Shown: positions 36,232 to 49,346 of the stretch, in pieces
How the letters are laid out: the number at the start of each line of letters is the position of its first letter
Numbering within the stretch: the stretch's first letter is position 1
NCBI GenBank assembly: GCA_964016885.1
Contig: OZ024755.1
Span: 30,132,001 to 30,196,000, forward strand
Direction of reading: 5' to 3'
Source: Eledone cirrhosa
Lineage: Eukaryota
Length of the DNA stretch: 64,000 nt
Notes under the pieces: model-generated
What the model was told of the DNA's origin: nothing
The model's database searches: none
Seen by the model: only the letters and a program-made list of their open reading frames with translations
Program-made: the position numbers and the translations under genes

Positions 36232-39200
36232 ATATATATATATATAAAACCTTTTACTTTCCTGACTTAGATGATTTAAATCTACATATTTCAATATTTT
36301 CCATCTACCTGTTATATACACAAGCGAATGCATACCGTTATACTACGGCAAACGTAGTTTGGTTTCTTGTATGGAGGAGCGAAATAAGGAAGGAAAGAAA
36401 AAATAAAATAAAATGAAACAAACAGTCGTACGATAAAACAGGAAACAAATGAAGTATTCCAAAGTTAAGAAAATAAAAACAATAATGTATGTCCGTAATG
36501 AATCCATATCATGTGAACCAAATTTCAAATCTTTCAAAAGAAAACTAGCAAGCATTTTTCAGATATAAGTCATCTGAATATATACAGGTTTTAACTAATA
36601 AAAATATTGAAATTAAGCTTCGTTATAATTGATTTTAAAAAATAAATAAACAAACAAAAAACAATAATGTAATAATATAATAATGGAATAAACATTATGT
36701 AAATAAAGTTAATAAAAAATTATTTGTTTATCTATTCGTTTTATGCATAGTTAGGAAATAACGTATCTGCTATGGCCTACTCCCTGTCATCCTGAAACCG
36801 AAGACGTGACCGGGTACCTTAAAAGCCATCTAAGGACCATGGTGATGATTTAACTTTACCACATGACTAGACCATGATGAAATTTGATGTCAAAACATAA
36901 ACTGTACTGTTTTGATGCCGCCAATTCACTACCCTTAATTGGTGCTGTATTTATCAATCAAGTAAGGTTGAAAGGCAAAATTGACCACCAAAGTTTTGAA
37001 AGCAGAACGTGAGCAGTCGGAAAAACGCTGTAAATATCGGTGGAGATTCAGGTTAAATTTCTTCGGGAGTCGAGCTTTGAATAAACTGCCTCAATGATTC
37101 AAGACTCTGTATTCTATCTTTCTGTCCTGCTTGGACTAATCTATGAGCGAACGTATTTCTTCAGTGAATATTCCAGACTAAAACTCTCCAATATGTCCAC
37201 TCCATTTTATAGAAGTTGAGGTATTATTTATGAAAAATTTAGCTCTTTCTTGAGGCCTATTTCAAATTGGCAGGGAAGGCAGTCTTTATACAGCCTTCGA
37301 TATACTAGAAATAGCAGCAAATTCTTCCCAAAATCACACCATACTGCGTTAGAATATAGATATAATATGCCTGAAAGAATTGCGTGGTTACGGTGGAAAC
37401 GGCTTTAACTGCAAATCTTTAAGAGTAGAACTAATATAGGTTTCTTATATAGGCACAAGGCCAGTGAGTTTGGGTGAGGGGAAAGTCGATTAAATCGACC
37501 CCAGTGCGTGACTGGTACTTTATTTTATCCACCCCAAGAGGATGAAAGGCAAAGTTAACCTCGGCGGGATTTGAACTCAGATCATAAAGGGCCGTAACTC
37601 TTTGCTGCAAAGCATGGCGTCCGACTGTCTACCTATACTACCAATCCACAGCCCTCAAGAGTAGAACTAATATAGATATACAAAAAATGTTATCAGAAGC
37701 AAACTGACCTAAATATTCACGTATAATAATTGCTTCTACTTTTGGCACATGGCCAGCAATTACCCAGTGCATTAATGGTACTTTATTTTAGCGACCCCGT
37801 AAGGACGAAAGGCAAAGTTAATCTCGCCGTAACTCTATGCGTCAAAGCATGGTGTCCGACCCTCTACCGATACTGCCAACCCACCGCCCATTTCACGTAT
37901 AATAATATGGCTTAGTGGTTAGAGCGTCGGGCTTACAATCGTGAGGTTGTAAGTTCTCTTCTCGGACTGGGCATTGCGTTGTGTTCTTGAGCAAGACACT
38001 TTACTTCACATTGCTCCAGTTCACTGAGCTGTAGAAATGAGTTGCGACGTCAATAGTGCCAAGCTGCATCGGCCATCACCTTTCCCTTAGACAACATCGG
38101 TGGCGTGGAGAAGGAAGACTTGTATGCATGCTGGTCTTCCAAAACAACCTTGCCCGGACTTGTGCCTCGTAATCACAGAGGGGAGTGGGGGTCAACCTTT
38201 CTTTCTCTTCTATCATGGTAATTTCATAGCCTAGGATAAACACAGCGTGAAAGAAGGATATTAAGAGATGGAAGACAAATTTCTAACTTGCTGAAATTCT
38301 ACATATGGTTGATATCGTCATCGGTATGCAGTTATTATTCATCCCCGATCAAGCAGAATCGTCCTTGTGACATGGCATAGTTAAGATTATGCTCCCTAAT
38401 GTGCCTTTCCGTTAAAAAAAAGAAATGACAGTAGAATGCGATTTCTAGCACGATGAGGGAGTACATAATGGCTTTCTCGTAGGTTCGCCGCTTAGTAGAT
38501 ATTGTTTAGCTGAGCTTTCATCGAGAAAATGTATAATAAAGGTCTTCCAGTATTAGCCATCCTGTTTCCTTATTTTTATATTCCGAAGGATGAGATAGAA
38601 ACACACTCGTTTGTTTAGCCGGCAACTACACTATGGCTGTTGTTGTTTTGATTGTCTTGTTCCAAGTCTGCTCTGACTAACCAAGTCTGTGATCAAATAT
38701 GTTATAGGCATGAACAAATCTTCCATCTTACCGCATTGTTTTTCGGGAACTAGATTATTCAATATATTCCTACTTTTCAGTATGAGCAACAGGGTGTTAT
38801 TTGAAGTAAATTTGGCTACTATTTCTACCAGATGGTGGCACCAGGACGAAGTTAACTCGCAGCTCATGAAACCATGCTGTTGTTGTTTAAGCCTCAAACC
38901 GAGCTAGATCGAACAGACCTACGATAAAATGCGTTTAGACACAACCATCTTGCGTTTTTATGTATTTATGAGGATTACATGTTTAAACTTCATTTGAGAA
39001 AATTTAGCTGTTATCACTTTTTTGGTAGGTCGAGTAACATTATGAAGGCTGCTTCACATTCGCATATTGTTGTTTGTCAAAGCGTTCATGAAACAATAGC
39101 ATCTATAATTTCGGAAATCAGTAGACGTGTCTGAAGAACATGCGAATCTAGAGTCAGGTTCGATCCACATACAGATCGCACCTCGAGCTGTTCGCCGGGG

Positions 39201-39337
39201 AAACAATTGTAATATCTAATAAATTGAGTTCCGATGCATCACTGATTCTTCGTTTTCCATCCTATCATACTCTGCTCCGTATGAGCATTGAGTGCTCAAC
39301 CGGCATACCGCCTATGGACGCATCCTAGCTACCATAA

Positions 39338-39390
<53 letters not shown>

Positions 39391-39855
39391 CTGTGTACTA
39401 GTGGTGCTTATCTTTCAGGCAATACCAAGATGGCAGACGTTATTTACTTGAGATCTCAGGTGCAAGTGAGGTAGTAATAATTGTTTCTACTTTAGGCACA
39501 AGGCCAGCAAATACCCAGTGCATTACTGGTACTTTATTTTATCGACCCCGTAAGGATGAAAGGCAAAGTCAACCTCTCATCCTTACGGGGTCGATAAAAT
39601 AAAGTACCAGTAATGCACTGGGTAATTGCTGGCCTTGTGCCTAAAATAGAAACAATTATTACTACCTTACTTGAGGTAGTAATAATGTATTGATATATAT
39701 ATAGAAGGAATTGGTAGTTTACTTGAAGCATTGTGTAGTGAGGTATAAACAATGCATGTTTGGAGATATATAAATGCAAAAGATAACGCTGACAATTAGT
39801 CTTTGACCTTAATTTCTTAGCTACCCACTTCGAACACTGGATTAACCCCTTTACT

Positions 39856-39893
39856 CTCCTCAGACGAAGAGATATTATCTCGAAATATCAGGA
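39856..39893 (+). ncRNA. Degenerate hammerhead motif (core CAGACGA)
   Basis: TCCT-CAGACGA-A-GAGAT-ATT-ATCTC-GAAA-TATC-AGGA: stems I and II pair, one core mutation. Confidence 0.5.
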
Positions 39894-40050
39894 TATATGA
39901 ATAAATTAAGGTAAAAGACTAATTGTCATGCGTTATATTTTGCATTTATATTATATCTCCATACCTGCATTGTTCTGGTCTTCTAACTTCAAACGTATAT
40001 ATATATATATATATATTTGATAATCACGTTAGGAGTACCTCCTGTGTTTC

Positions 40051-40081
<31 letters not shown>

Positions 40082-40775
40082 GCGTGTGTGTGTGTGTGTT
40101 ATTAATAGAGAAGGAATTTGATATGTGTTTTGTTAAATGTATATGTGTTATGTCTGAGTATATTATTTATACACCCATGTCCTTATATTAGATAAACTTT
40201 ACTTAAGTGACAATTCAAGGATATTACTGTAGCTGAAATCTTCGGATAAATAGTTAAACCCTAAAAAATAAATTATTTAGAGAATGCCCGCATATAGGTA
40301 AAAATCTTCTCTTAGCATGGAAGAATGCAGACCTACATGCACAAAACACCACTATCTTACACCCGCCTTAATTCATTAAAATGGTTTCAGGGCTACATAT
40401 ATCAAACTAAAACCAACCACGATTATATGCAATAAGCTATATAAATAATATACACATAAATAACAGATACACCTGAGGATGGGGTGAAGAGAGAGAGGGA
40501 GAGGGAAAAGTTTAAAGAAAATGTGTGAATGTATGTATGTATGTATGAGTGTATGTGTGTATGAATCTACGTATGTGTGTATGTATGTATGTGTGTATGT
40601 ATCTACGTATGTATGTACGTATATATGTATGTATATATATGACCCCTTAGCCTTTGTCAAGGCAGAATTCTAGGAGAAGGAAAACTCTGATATAACACCT
40701 GCAACCCTGATGGTATCCAATGATGTTGACTTGTTCTTCTTTTTGGTAAATATCATCTTGGTTAAGAGAGTGGGA

Positions 40776-41570
40776 CTGGCTTTGTGCAGTGCCTTTGCTC
40801 ACTATAAAAGCTTCACGGCACAGGCATTACTTTATATCAGGTGATCTGACTTGTTGTCACATGGTACCATGGGCCCAGCACTATGTGTCAATAATTGTCA
40901 CAAGTGTAGTGTTTGTAGTCAGAGTTTTCAAGTCGCTGGCTGGACTAAAAAGTCACTCGTTCAGCGCATCGGTAGGGGTTCTCCTACATGGATATAAAGT
41001 AGTGGCCGTACTCGAAAACGAGTTGGCAGCCACCATATATATATGTGTACATATATATGTATATATATATGTGTGTACATATATATGTATATATATATGT
41101 GTGTACATATATATGTGTACATATATATGTATATATATGTGTACATATATATGTATATATGTGTGTACATAGATATGTATATATGTGTACATATGTGTGT
41201 ATATGTGTGTGTACATATATATGTATATATATGTGTGTACATATATATGTATATGTGTGTGTACATGTATATGTATATATATGTGTATATATATGTGTGT
41301 GTGACTGGCTTTGTGCAGTGCCTTTGCTCACTATAAAAGCTTCACGGCACAGGCATTGCTTTATATCTGGAGATCTCTCTGCACTTGTCGTCACATGGTA
41401 CCATGGGCCCAACACTAAGTGTCAATAATTGTCACAAGTGTAGTGTTTGTACCAGAGTTTTCAAGTCGCTGGCTGGACTAAAAAGTCACACTCGTTCAGC
41501 GCATCGGTAGGGGTTCTTCTACATGGATATAAAGTAGTGTCCGTACTCGAAAACGAGTTGGCAGCCACCA
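40776..41570 (+). mobile_element. Two tandem ~265-bp copies of an RTE-like 3' end with C2H2 finger
   Basis: 40776-41037 and 41303-41570; second copy reads CSVCTRVFKSLAGLKSHTRSAHR*; terminal CTCG-AAAA-CGAG hairpin; microsatellite tails. Confidence 0.6.
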
Positions 41571-41600
41571 TGTATGTATGTATGTATGTATGTATGTATG

Positions 41601-42660
41601 TTTTCTCTTTCTCTTAATTTCGAGTATATTTTTTTGACCGGCCACCTTCCTGGTGGAAAGGTTGTAACAGAAAAGAAATTGTCATCCCTTGAATCGCAAG
41701 AATGTTTTGCAAATTTTGAAGGTGCCAGCTATCGCAGCCATTTGTAGACTATGAATTAGGGAGCTGCGCTTTTTGTCCGCAAATCCAAGTTCAGTCATAC
41801 TTTGGTCCAAGCGGGTTGGTATATAACACGTAGCACCAATAATGATGGGTATGAAGCTAAAGGTGTATCTTGGATACTGGATTTGTAAACTCCTCATCAA
41901 TGGTCCGTAGATGTCCTCCTTCTCCTGTATTTTTCTGACAACGTTTACATCAAGTGGGCAGCTGATCTCCACAACAGAACACGTTTTCAATGTATGGTCC
42001 CAAACTACAATATCAGGCCGGTTGTGCTTTAATTTGGTGGCAGTTTTTATTTTCAGGTTCCACCAGTATTCCTTAGTGCCATCTGTCTCAATATATTCTT
42101 CCTCGTTTGTTGTTAATTTTGTTTTCCGAAGTGCGTTCCAGATGGTTCTAGCTATCCCATCGTGTCTCATGGGGAGGTAGTAGCGAGATGACATTCTTTC
42201 GCAGCTGGCAACAATGTAGCTTACATCCTCGATCTTTGTTTTACATAGCCTACATTTATTGTCAGCTGCTGGCCCTCCTCTTTTGTGCAGCAGATATTTG
42301 GTAGGGAGTTCTTGTTCCTGTATTGCATAGAGATATCCCTCAAGGTGTGATGTCATAAACTTGTCGGAACTCCATGCCAGGCTTTTTGAGTGGTTTATCC
42401 CCTCTATGGTCTGTGTTTTACGCCTCAAGTATCCATGCACAACTTTTTCTGTAAATTGGTCAATTTTTTTATCTTGTTTGAACATTGAATAGGATCTTCC
42501 GATTTCTCTGGGTGAGAGATTTATATCAGGCTTTATTCCATATCTCTCCTCCAGATCAGTCGCTATTCTAATGATATTTCTTTTTTCATGGTCATAAACC
42601 TGGGCAAGATGGTTGCCAACCTTTTTCCTCTGTTGAAGGTGTTGCTTCAAGTGTTACTAT
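41601..42660 (-). mobile_element. R4/Dong-clade non-LTR retrotransposon 3' part (CCHC + restriction-like endonuclease)
   Basis: ORF 41682..42650: AIQEQ, CRLC..EDVSYIVASC, RHD, RPDIVVWD, VEISCP, KEDIY. (TATG)n on both flanks. Confidence 0.88.
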
Positions 42661-43156
42661 GTATGTATGTATGTATGTATGTATGTATGTATGTATGTAT
42701 GTATGTATGTATGTATGTATGTATGTATGTATGTGTATGTATGTGTGTGTATGCATTTATGTATGTATGTATGTGTCTATGTATGTATTTATATATAAAT
42801 GTCTGAATGTATCTATTTATATATAAATGTCTGAATGTATGTATTTATATATAAATGTCTGAATGTATGTTTGTATGTACGTGTTGCAGAAGTATGTACG
42901 CGTGTGTACGGGGAGAGGTGTAGTGTGTTCGAGTGTGGTCTCATTATATCATTCCTTATACGGCATGTAGATGACGTTAGGGAAATTTCTGATGCATACC
43001 TGTTTAAATTGACTAATATGAAAAACAAGACGTCAGAAACTTGTCTTACAAATAACTAAAGCATGTGAATTAGAACGTGATAAACTTAGGTGAAAAATAT
43101 ACAATACGCATGATTTGTATAACAATTCTTTTATTTTGTACAATATTTATGACGTG

Positions 43157-43360
43157 GCTAGCCAGCACCCACACACCGCGCCAGATGGCTGGATTTGATT
43201 AAGGAACATCTCCAGAGGCTACTCCACGTCACCTTGGTGGATGTAGAAGGACTGGTATGGGATCGCCAGCGATGGAGGGCACAGGTGGACCTGGTCAGCT
43301 CTGTGTACGATGACGCCTCTGGGATCACCGACCGAGGATGACCCCAGGAAGACAAGGCTA
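43157..43360 (+). mobile_element. RTE-like LINE C-terminal fragment
   Basis: RWLDLIKEHLQRL..VWDRQRWRAQV. Confidence 0.55.
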
Positions 43361-43883
43361 GCTAATAATATATGAAGTCAAATCCTCATAAAAACATCTT
43401 TATTTTACGAAATCAAAAACAGAATATACATAATATTAAGTAAAATGGAACTTTCCTAGCCTTACAACAGGCAAAGACATCAGTTATAGATTTATATTTA
43501 TGTTCACTTGTAAGAGATAATCCAGTTGCGATGATCTCCAGATCAGATAACCACTCATTGCACTTCATTGTTCTCATAACATTCTTAACATGCGCTAAAA
43601 CACTGGAAGATTTCATGTAAATATAACAAGTGGGCAGCAAAAGGCAACAAAAAGAATGAAATCCGGAATACTGAAAATACATTGAGAAATAGAAGTTCAA
43701 AATACAGCTCAGTACGTTTGTGTAATAATATAACTGATGGAATTAGTGCTGAAGAAATCTTTGATTCATGAACTGATTTTAAACAAAATAGTTCATCATC
43801 CATTTCAATTGATATACTGATGTTATATATATATATCAATAATATTAATAAATGGAAAATATCTTTATAAAACCATATTTATT

Positions 43884-43937
43884 TTATTATATATATTTCA
43901 AGGGTACCAGTATTTCGGTACGCTATCGTCAGATAAA
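43884..43937 (-). ncRNA. Hammerhead-like motif (paralog of 6324)
   Basis: TTTAT-CTGACGA-TAGC-GTACC..GGTAC-CCTT-GAAA-TATATATA-ATAAA. Confidence 0.5.
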
Positions 43938-44984
43938 ATACAATATTTGGTTTACAGATAATGACATATCGACATATGAACTTAATGTTATGAGATCTAT
44001 GTAGATAGTGGATAAATCTTCAAAACTCAGGATAAATTTGCTAATGAGGATAACGTTAAAACTGAAAAGGACCTTTATGTTTAAATGCTAGATATATTTA
44101 AATAACTATCACAATTATTTATTAAAAGGAAAGAAAAGAGAAGTTTGCTATTAAAATTGAAAAAAAAAAGAAAAAATTGAATAAACAATTTTAAGAAAAA
44201 AATATTTAAAGCTTCTTTCAGAATATTTATAGAAATATGCATGCAAACGTCCGAACATATCTACATGGGTATAGAAAGAATGAAATAATTATATTTATTT
44301 TTATTTATTTAATTATATAATTTCGAAGTATTTATAATATTAAGGTGAGAACTATGAATTAATAGAATTTGTTTACAAACAGTTAGGATACGCCGAGCGA
44401 AGATATATTTGCATTTTCTATATATATCTTAAGAATGTGGAAATAATTATATTTTTATATAGATGTATAATATTATGTATAATCTATAGTTGTATCAGGA
44501 TAGAAATAGAAATTTAAAATTTTTAAATATTTATATAAAGTTTGAATGTCTCGTAAGCAAGTTTTTATCAAAGGAAAAGATAACTCTAATTTTTACTAAT
44601 TTAAAGAGTTTAAGTAATTTGAAGATATATATTTAGATTTAATGTTTAACCTAATAATTAATTACAATTTACATCATAATTACAGGATATGTAAAACTTT
44701 ATATATGATTTCAGAGCATCGTGTAGTAAATATGTTCAAGATATTAGTAAAAAGATAAAAAACTTTCTATGTATAGATTTTGATAACATTAAGTATATCT
44801 ATGTATAGATTTGATAATATTAAGCATTTGTATGTATACATTTAAAAACTTATAAAAGCTTTTAGAAAAACCTTCAAAAATACCTTCAAAAACATCTTTA
44901 AAAACACCCTTAAAAACAAGCGAAGACTTATATATTGTAACTAGGCAACTTATAAAGGCCATATGCAATATTTTCTATAAATTA

Positions 44985-45440
44985 TAGATTTTTTTAAAGT
45001 TTTGGAAAATCGATGCAGGCAAGAATTAAATATTTCCTTCTTTTTGTTTATAGTATTACCAGGATTGGTAATTATGTGAAAGATTTCTTCAACACAGAGA
45101 TGACAAATTCTTGATAGAGCCATATTCTGGTAAACGGGTGCTTTCGATATCCTTCGCCAAGAGATCGAATAGTCAATATTATTGTCTTTTAAGGACCAAA
45201 TTAAATGTGATAGTGATGTTGAGAATTTTTTTCCGATCTTTTAAAAGTGTGTTTATGATTATACCAGCGTTCCTTAAATTTTGTTGAAGTAGCTCCTATA
45301 TAATTATATAATTTATCTCTAGTTTTTATGGTGCATTTTATACTAAATTCGTATCTAGGCAATTATTCTGTAGAGGGCAAGATATTTCATTTCTGCAGTT
45401 ACATTTTCTAGAATTGTTGTTTAGAGAAACGGTATTATTA
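44985..45440 (-). pseudogene. Penelope-like (Neptune-type) GIY-YIG endonuclease, frameshifted
   Basis: Manual translation: CNCRNEISCPLQNNCLDTNLV/KCTIKTRDKLYNYIGATSTKFKERWYNHKHTF/STSLSHLIWSLKDNNIDYSISW..CHLCVEEIFHI..INKKKEIFNSCLH. Confidence 0.8.
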
Positions 45441-45548
45441 TAATTATTATATGTAATGTTATTAGTAATATTATTATTTGTTTCTACTTTTGGCACAAGG
45501 CTAGCAATTATCCAAGTGTATTACTGGTACTTTATTTTATCGTCTTTT

Positions 45549-48310
45549 CTCAGCAGCGCCACCGCTCCTCTGTTTCCCTACAGAATAATCTATCTAAATA
45601 CGATCTGGATGACCCGATGCGGTTTGCCCATGTCCACATTGGCACATTCGGATAATCCAGTCTATACCTGTCAGACAGTTCAAAACGTCTGAGCAGGTTG
45701 TTGAGTCTTTTACACCCTCCTCCTCTGTCTACTAACCCCACATAATCCCAGCGTGCATCTAAGATACCGTTCCAGTCGACCACTAACCCTAAAGATTGGG
45801 ACGTTCCAAGAACGGTCTCTAAACGTCTGAAGAAATCTGGCCGTACTGCCCCTGTTGGGACGTAGACGGCTACTAGCCTGAAAGCATTGCCTTCGCTGCC
45901 GGTCACGTCCAGCACCACCGACATACCTTCTGGGTCCAGGAAGATGGCCCGTATGGCGAGATCCAAGCCTCTCCGAAAAAGCACAGCATCTCCGCCCACC
46001 GATCCCGGACGACTGGGAGATTCGTATATATCGTAGCCACGGAAGATCGCTGCGAAGGCTCGTGCTTCGGAGATTCTGGTCTCGCTGAGGGCCACGACAT
46101 CTATGTTTAGTGACCTGAGGTCGTTGAGCAGGTGACCCTGCTTCCAAGATGACCCCAAGCCACGTACATTTATACTGCCTATTCTAAGTACGGCCATGCT
46201 GGATGAGGAAGGACCACTAATCTTGATCGTGTGGGGAAGGGACAGTAGAACCGTCCCTTCGGCTGGTCATGGGTGTCTCCAAGATGATATCTGTATATAT
46301 TCTTTTGGAGAGTGACCCCCTGAAATCCCCAACTGCGTTGGGGAATTTTTGCTTTAATTGTTTATAGTCTTCCAGTTTAATTTCGACAATTATAATGTTT
46401 TGGGTAGTGTTCTTGGTGTTGGTGGGGTGTGGTAATTTAAGTCTATAATGTCTGTGTTGTTTTATATGTTCCATTAATCCTTTGTGTGTGATATTTATGG
46501 CTGTGTACTTATTTTAGGGGGGGGGGTGATTTTGTTACGGTTTTCTTGTTGCTGTTGGGTGTGTGTGTGCTTTGTTGTGTTTGCGATGTTGGTGTTTTTG
46601 GTGATGCTGGTGGTGTGGTTGTTGTTGGCGGTGATGCTTGTGGTGGTGATGGTGATGGTGGGGGTGTTGCTGCAATTCTCCTTGCAGCCTTCACCCCCTC
46701 TTTCTTTACTTTCGCTTTTGGAGGGAGAAGCTGTGGTATTTTTCGTTTGTTCTTTTCTTTTTCGACAACCGTTTTTCCCTCCTCAACCGCCTCATACTCC
46801 ATGTCCGACTGTGAGAGGTCGGGGAGGGGTATGAGTTCTACCCTCTGATTTGTCTTTGTTGTTGTTGGTGGTGGTGGAGACTAGTCTGCCGTTCTTGGCA
46901 CAGGTGCAGCTAGTGCAACTGTTTCTGTTGCTGCAGTTGCCGCCGCTGTTTTTGTTGTCGGTGGCTTTGGTTTGGGTGCCACGGACGTTGTTCTCCTACT
47001 CTCTGTAGAAGCTCCCGATTTTTTCGTTGACTGCTCTGTTTCTGGTGGCAGCGGTTCCGGCGTTTGAAGGAGGGGGTCCTTCGCCTTTGTTATTTTCTGC
47101 GAGCAGAAGGCCCTGAGGTGAGACTTCGATCCACAGTTGAAGCACTTTGGGCGCTTCCTTCCACAGATATGGGAAGTTGAGAGCCATTCCCGAGGTCTAT
47201 TACGTCGGGAATAGCGCTGATGCAGTCCTGGTCAGTTTGGATGAGCATCTCCATTCCAATACCGGACCAGTCCTCTCTCCCAAACTTCTGTACCTGCAGA
47301 ATGGTTGTTCTATCCTCGATGCCCGCAAGAACAGACAAAACCTCCAAGGCACGGGTACATAGTGCGGGACCTGGGTTACCCTGACCGTTGTAATTTTTTT
47401 CCCGCAGTAAAATGGGACCAACGTTATGTCATCACTCCGTACGGTCCTCAGTGAGTGCTATTTTGCTTCCTGGGTGGTAGCGAAAAGGACGTCCACAGTA
47501 GCATATTTCTTGCCACGGGTGATGTGGGTTTTCCGTGCCCACACAGTTCCCAAGGCCTTTTGGATTTAGGCCTCCGAGGCTCTCTCCACACGACGAGATT
47601 TCGTGGCAATTGTGCAGTATGACACTATGCGTCGCTCTTGTTCCTCCAGGAAGTCGGTTGGTGGTTTCAAGGACACTGAAAAAATTCAGTTCTGGTGACC
47701 ACGTGTCTTGCGACCGCCATCTCCTCCTCTGTGATCAGGACTGTTTCTATGTTGTGAGCCACCTTTGCAAAAGAGATGGTCCCTTTTTCAGTGGCATCAT
47801 TGTTGCCGCCGCTACTGTTGCTACTGGTCTTGTTGTTGGTGCTGTTGCTGTTGCTACTGCTACAAATGGTGTTGTTGGTGTTATCACTGTTGCTGATGGT
47901 TGTGCCTTTGGTGCCGCCGTTGCTGTTGTTCTCGGTGCAATTTGTATTGCTGGTGTTGGTGCATTTGTTGTCATTTTTTCTGTCGTCTGCATTTTGGTTG
48001 TCGCTGTTACTGCTGTGGTTGGTGTAGTGACTTTTTTTTCAAAATTAGTGTTCTCAGTATTATTGTCACTGCTCTCTTTGTTCACGTTGTTTGTGGTGGT
48101 GTTTGTTATATCAATTTCTGGTTTCATTTGGAGAAGAATCTCCAAATCCATTCCTGACCAGTCCTCTCTTTCTGTCTTTTTGATATCTTGGGGGGGGGTC
48201 TGTTCCCTCCTCGATTACGCATCCCAGGAGCCACCATATGTTCATTCCTGGTGGGATCCTAGGAATGCGGACCTTTACTGTCCGTTTGCCCATGTAGGAC
48301 GGGTGCATGG
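45549..48310 (-). mobile_element. Tx1/L1-clade LINE 5' part: decayed ORF1 region + APE N-terminus of ORF2, 3' deleted
   Basis: ORF 45550..46197 (MAVLRIGSINVRG, SETR, VYVP, DWN, SYLDR) is homologous to ORF2 at 24166. Upstream are ORF1-like fragments (VPFYCGKKITTVRV; MGKRTVKVRIPRIPP) and Thr/Pro-rich linkers; possibly two ORF1 remnants. Confidence 0.8.
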
Positions 48311-48519
48311 TAATGCGTTCCGTATAAAGAGAATGATGATAATAAATAAGATGACAACGTACACAAAGTATGAGAGAGACAGAGAGAGAGAGAGGGGTAT
48401 ATGAAAGAAGCTATAACGATAAGAAAAAAAAAGAGAAAGATGAAGAAGGAACTTATTAGGATAAGAGTAAAAGGAGTGGTAGTAACAGTGACAATAGAAG
48501 TTACTACTGGAGAAACAGC

Positions 48520-48534
48520 AACAGTAGCAGCAGC

Positions 48535-48572
<38 letters not shown>

Positions 48573-48634
48573 CAGTAGTGGTGGTCGTGGGGTGGTGGTA
48601 GTAATAGTGGTAGTAGTAGTAGTAGTATTATTAT

Positions 48635-48669
<35 letters not shown>

Positions 48670-48706
48670 ATAGTGGTGGTAGTAGTGGTAGTTGTAATAA
48701 TAATAA

Positions 48707-48750
<44 letters not shown>

Positions 48751-48784
48751 ATAGTGGTGGTGGTGGTAGTAGTGGTAGTTGTAA

Positions 48785-48826
<42 letters not shown>

Positions 48827-48830
48827 ATGA
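48520..48830. repeat. (AGT/GGT)n microsatellite
   Basis: Direct reading. Confidence 0.95.
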
Positions 48831-49346
48831 AGGAAAAAGCAAGTGGCGGAGTTAATGCAGATGTAAACAGAGCGGGTGGGGAAAGCCTGAAGGAATAATA
48901 ATAATACAGGATGCAAAAAGTGGTGGGCTGGAAGGAGGACATGGTTTCCTTTATGACTTTACATTGTTTCAGCTACACACGAGCCCTTATTCAATGGGAG
49001 CATTTTGTTGCTAGGCGATAGCAGCAGTGGGAGGACCAACAGCACTACCTACATTACAACTCCACTACCTTGAAAACAACAAAGAAAAGATGACGATTAA
49101 TTATGATTTCCAACTTTGCCACGTGGACACAAAGGTAGGAGTAAGATAGAGAAAGTCGATTCGATCGATCAAAACTACTTAATTACAAGTTAATTTCGTC
49201 GAACTTTCGAAAAGCAAAAAGCTACAGTTTTGTTGCTAGGTGATAACAGCTGTAGGAATACTCATGTGTTTCCATGAGTCACGGCCTACGGACGAGCGAG
49301 TCACATAAATTACGCTGTAGATCCCCTTTGGAAGCTTTAGGACCTA

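Noticed and set aside
43413-43700. ORF with MKCNEWLSDLEIIA, reminiscent of an OTU-like motif
   Set aside because: Single short motif with no catalytic Cys/His context; cannot be supported without a search.
47535-48404. 289-aa hydrophobic + strand ORF
   Set aside because: Antisense to a Thr/Ala-rich LINE ORF1 region.
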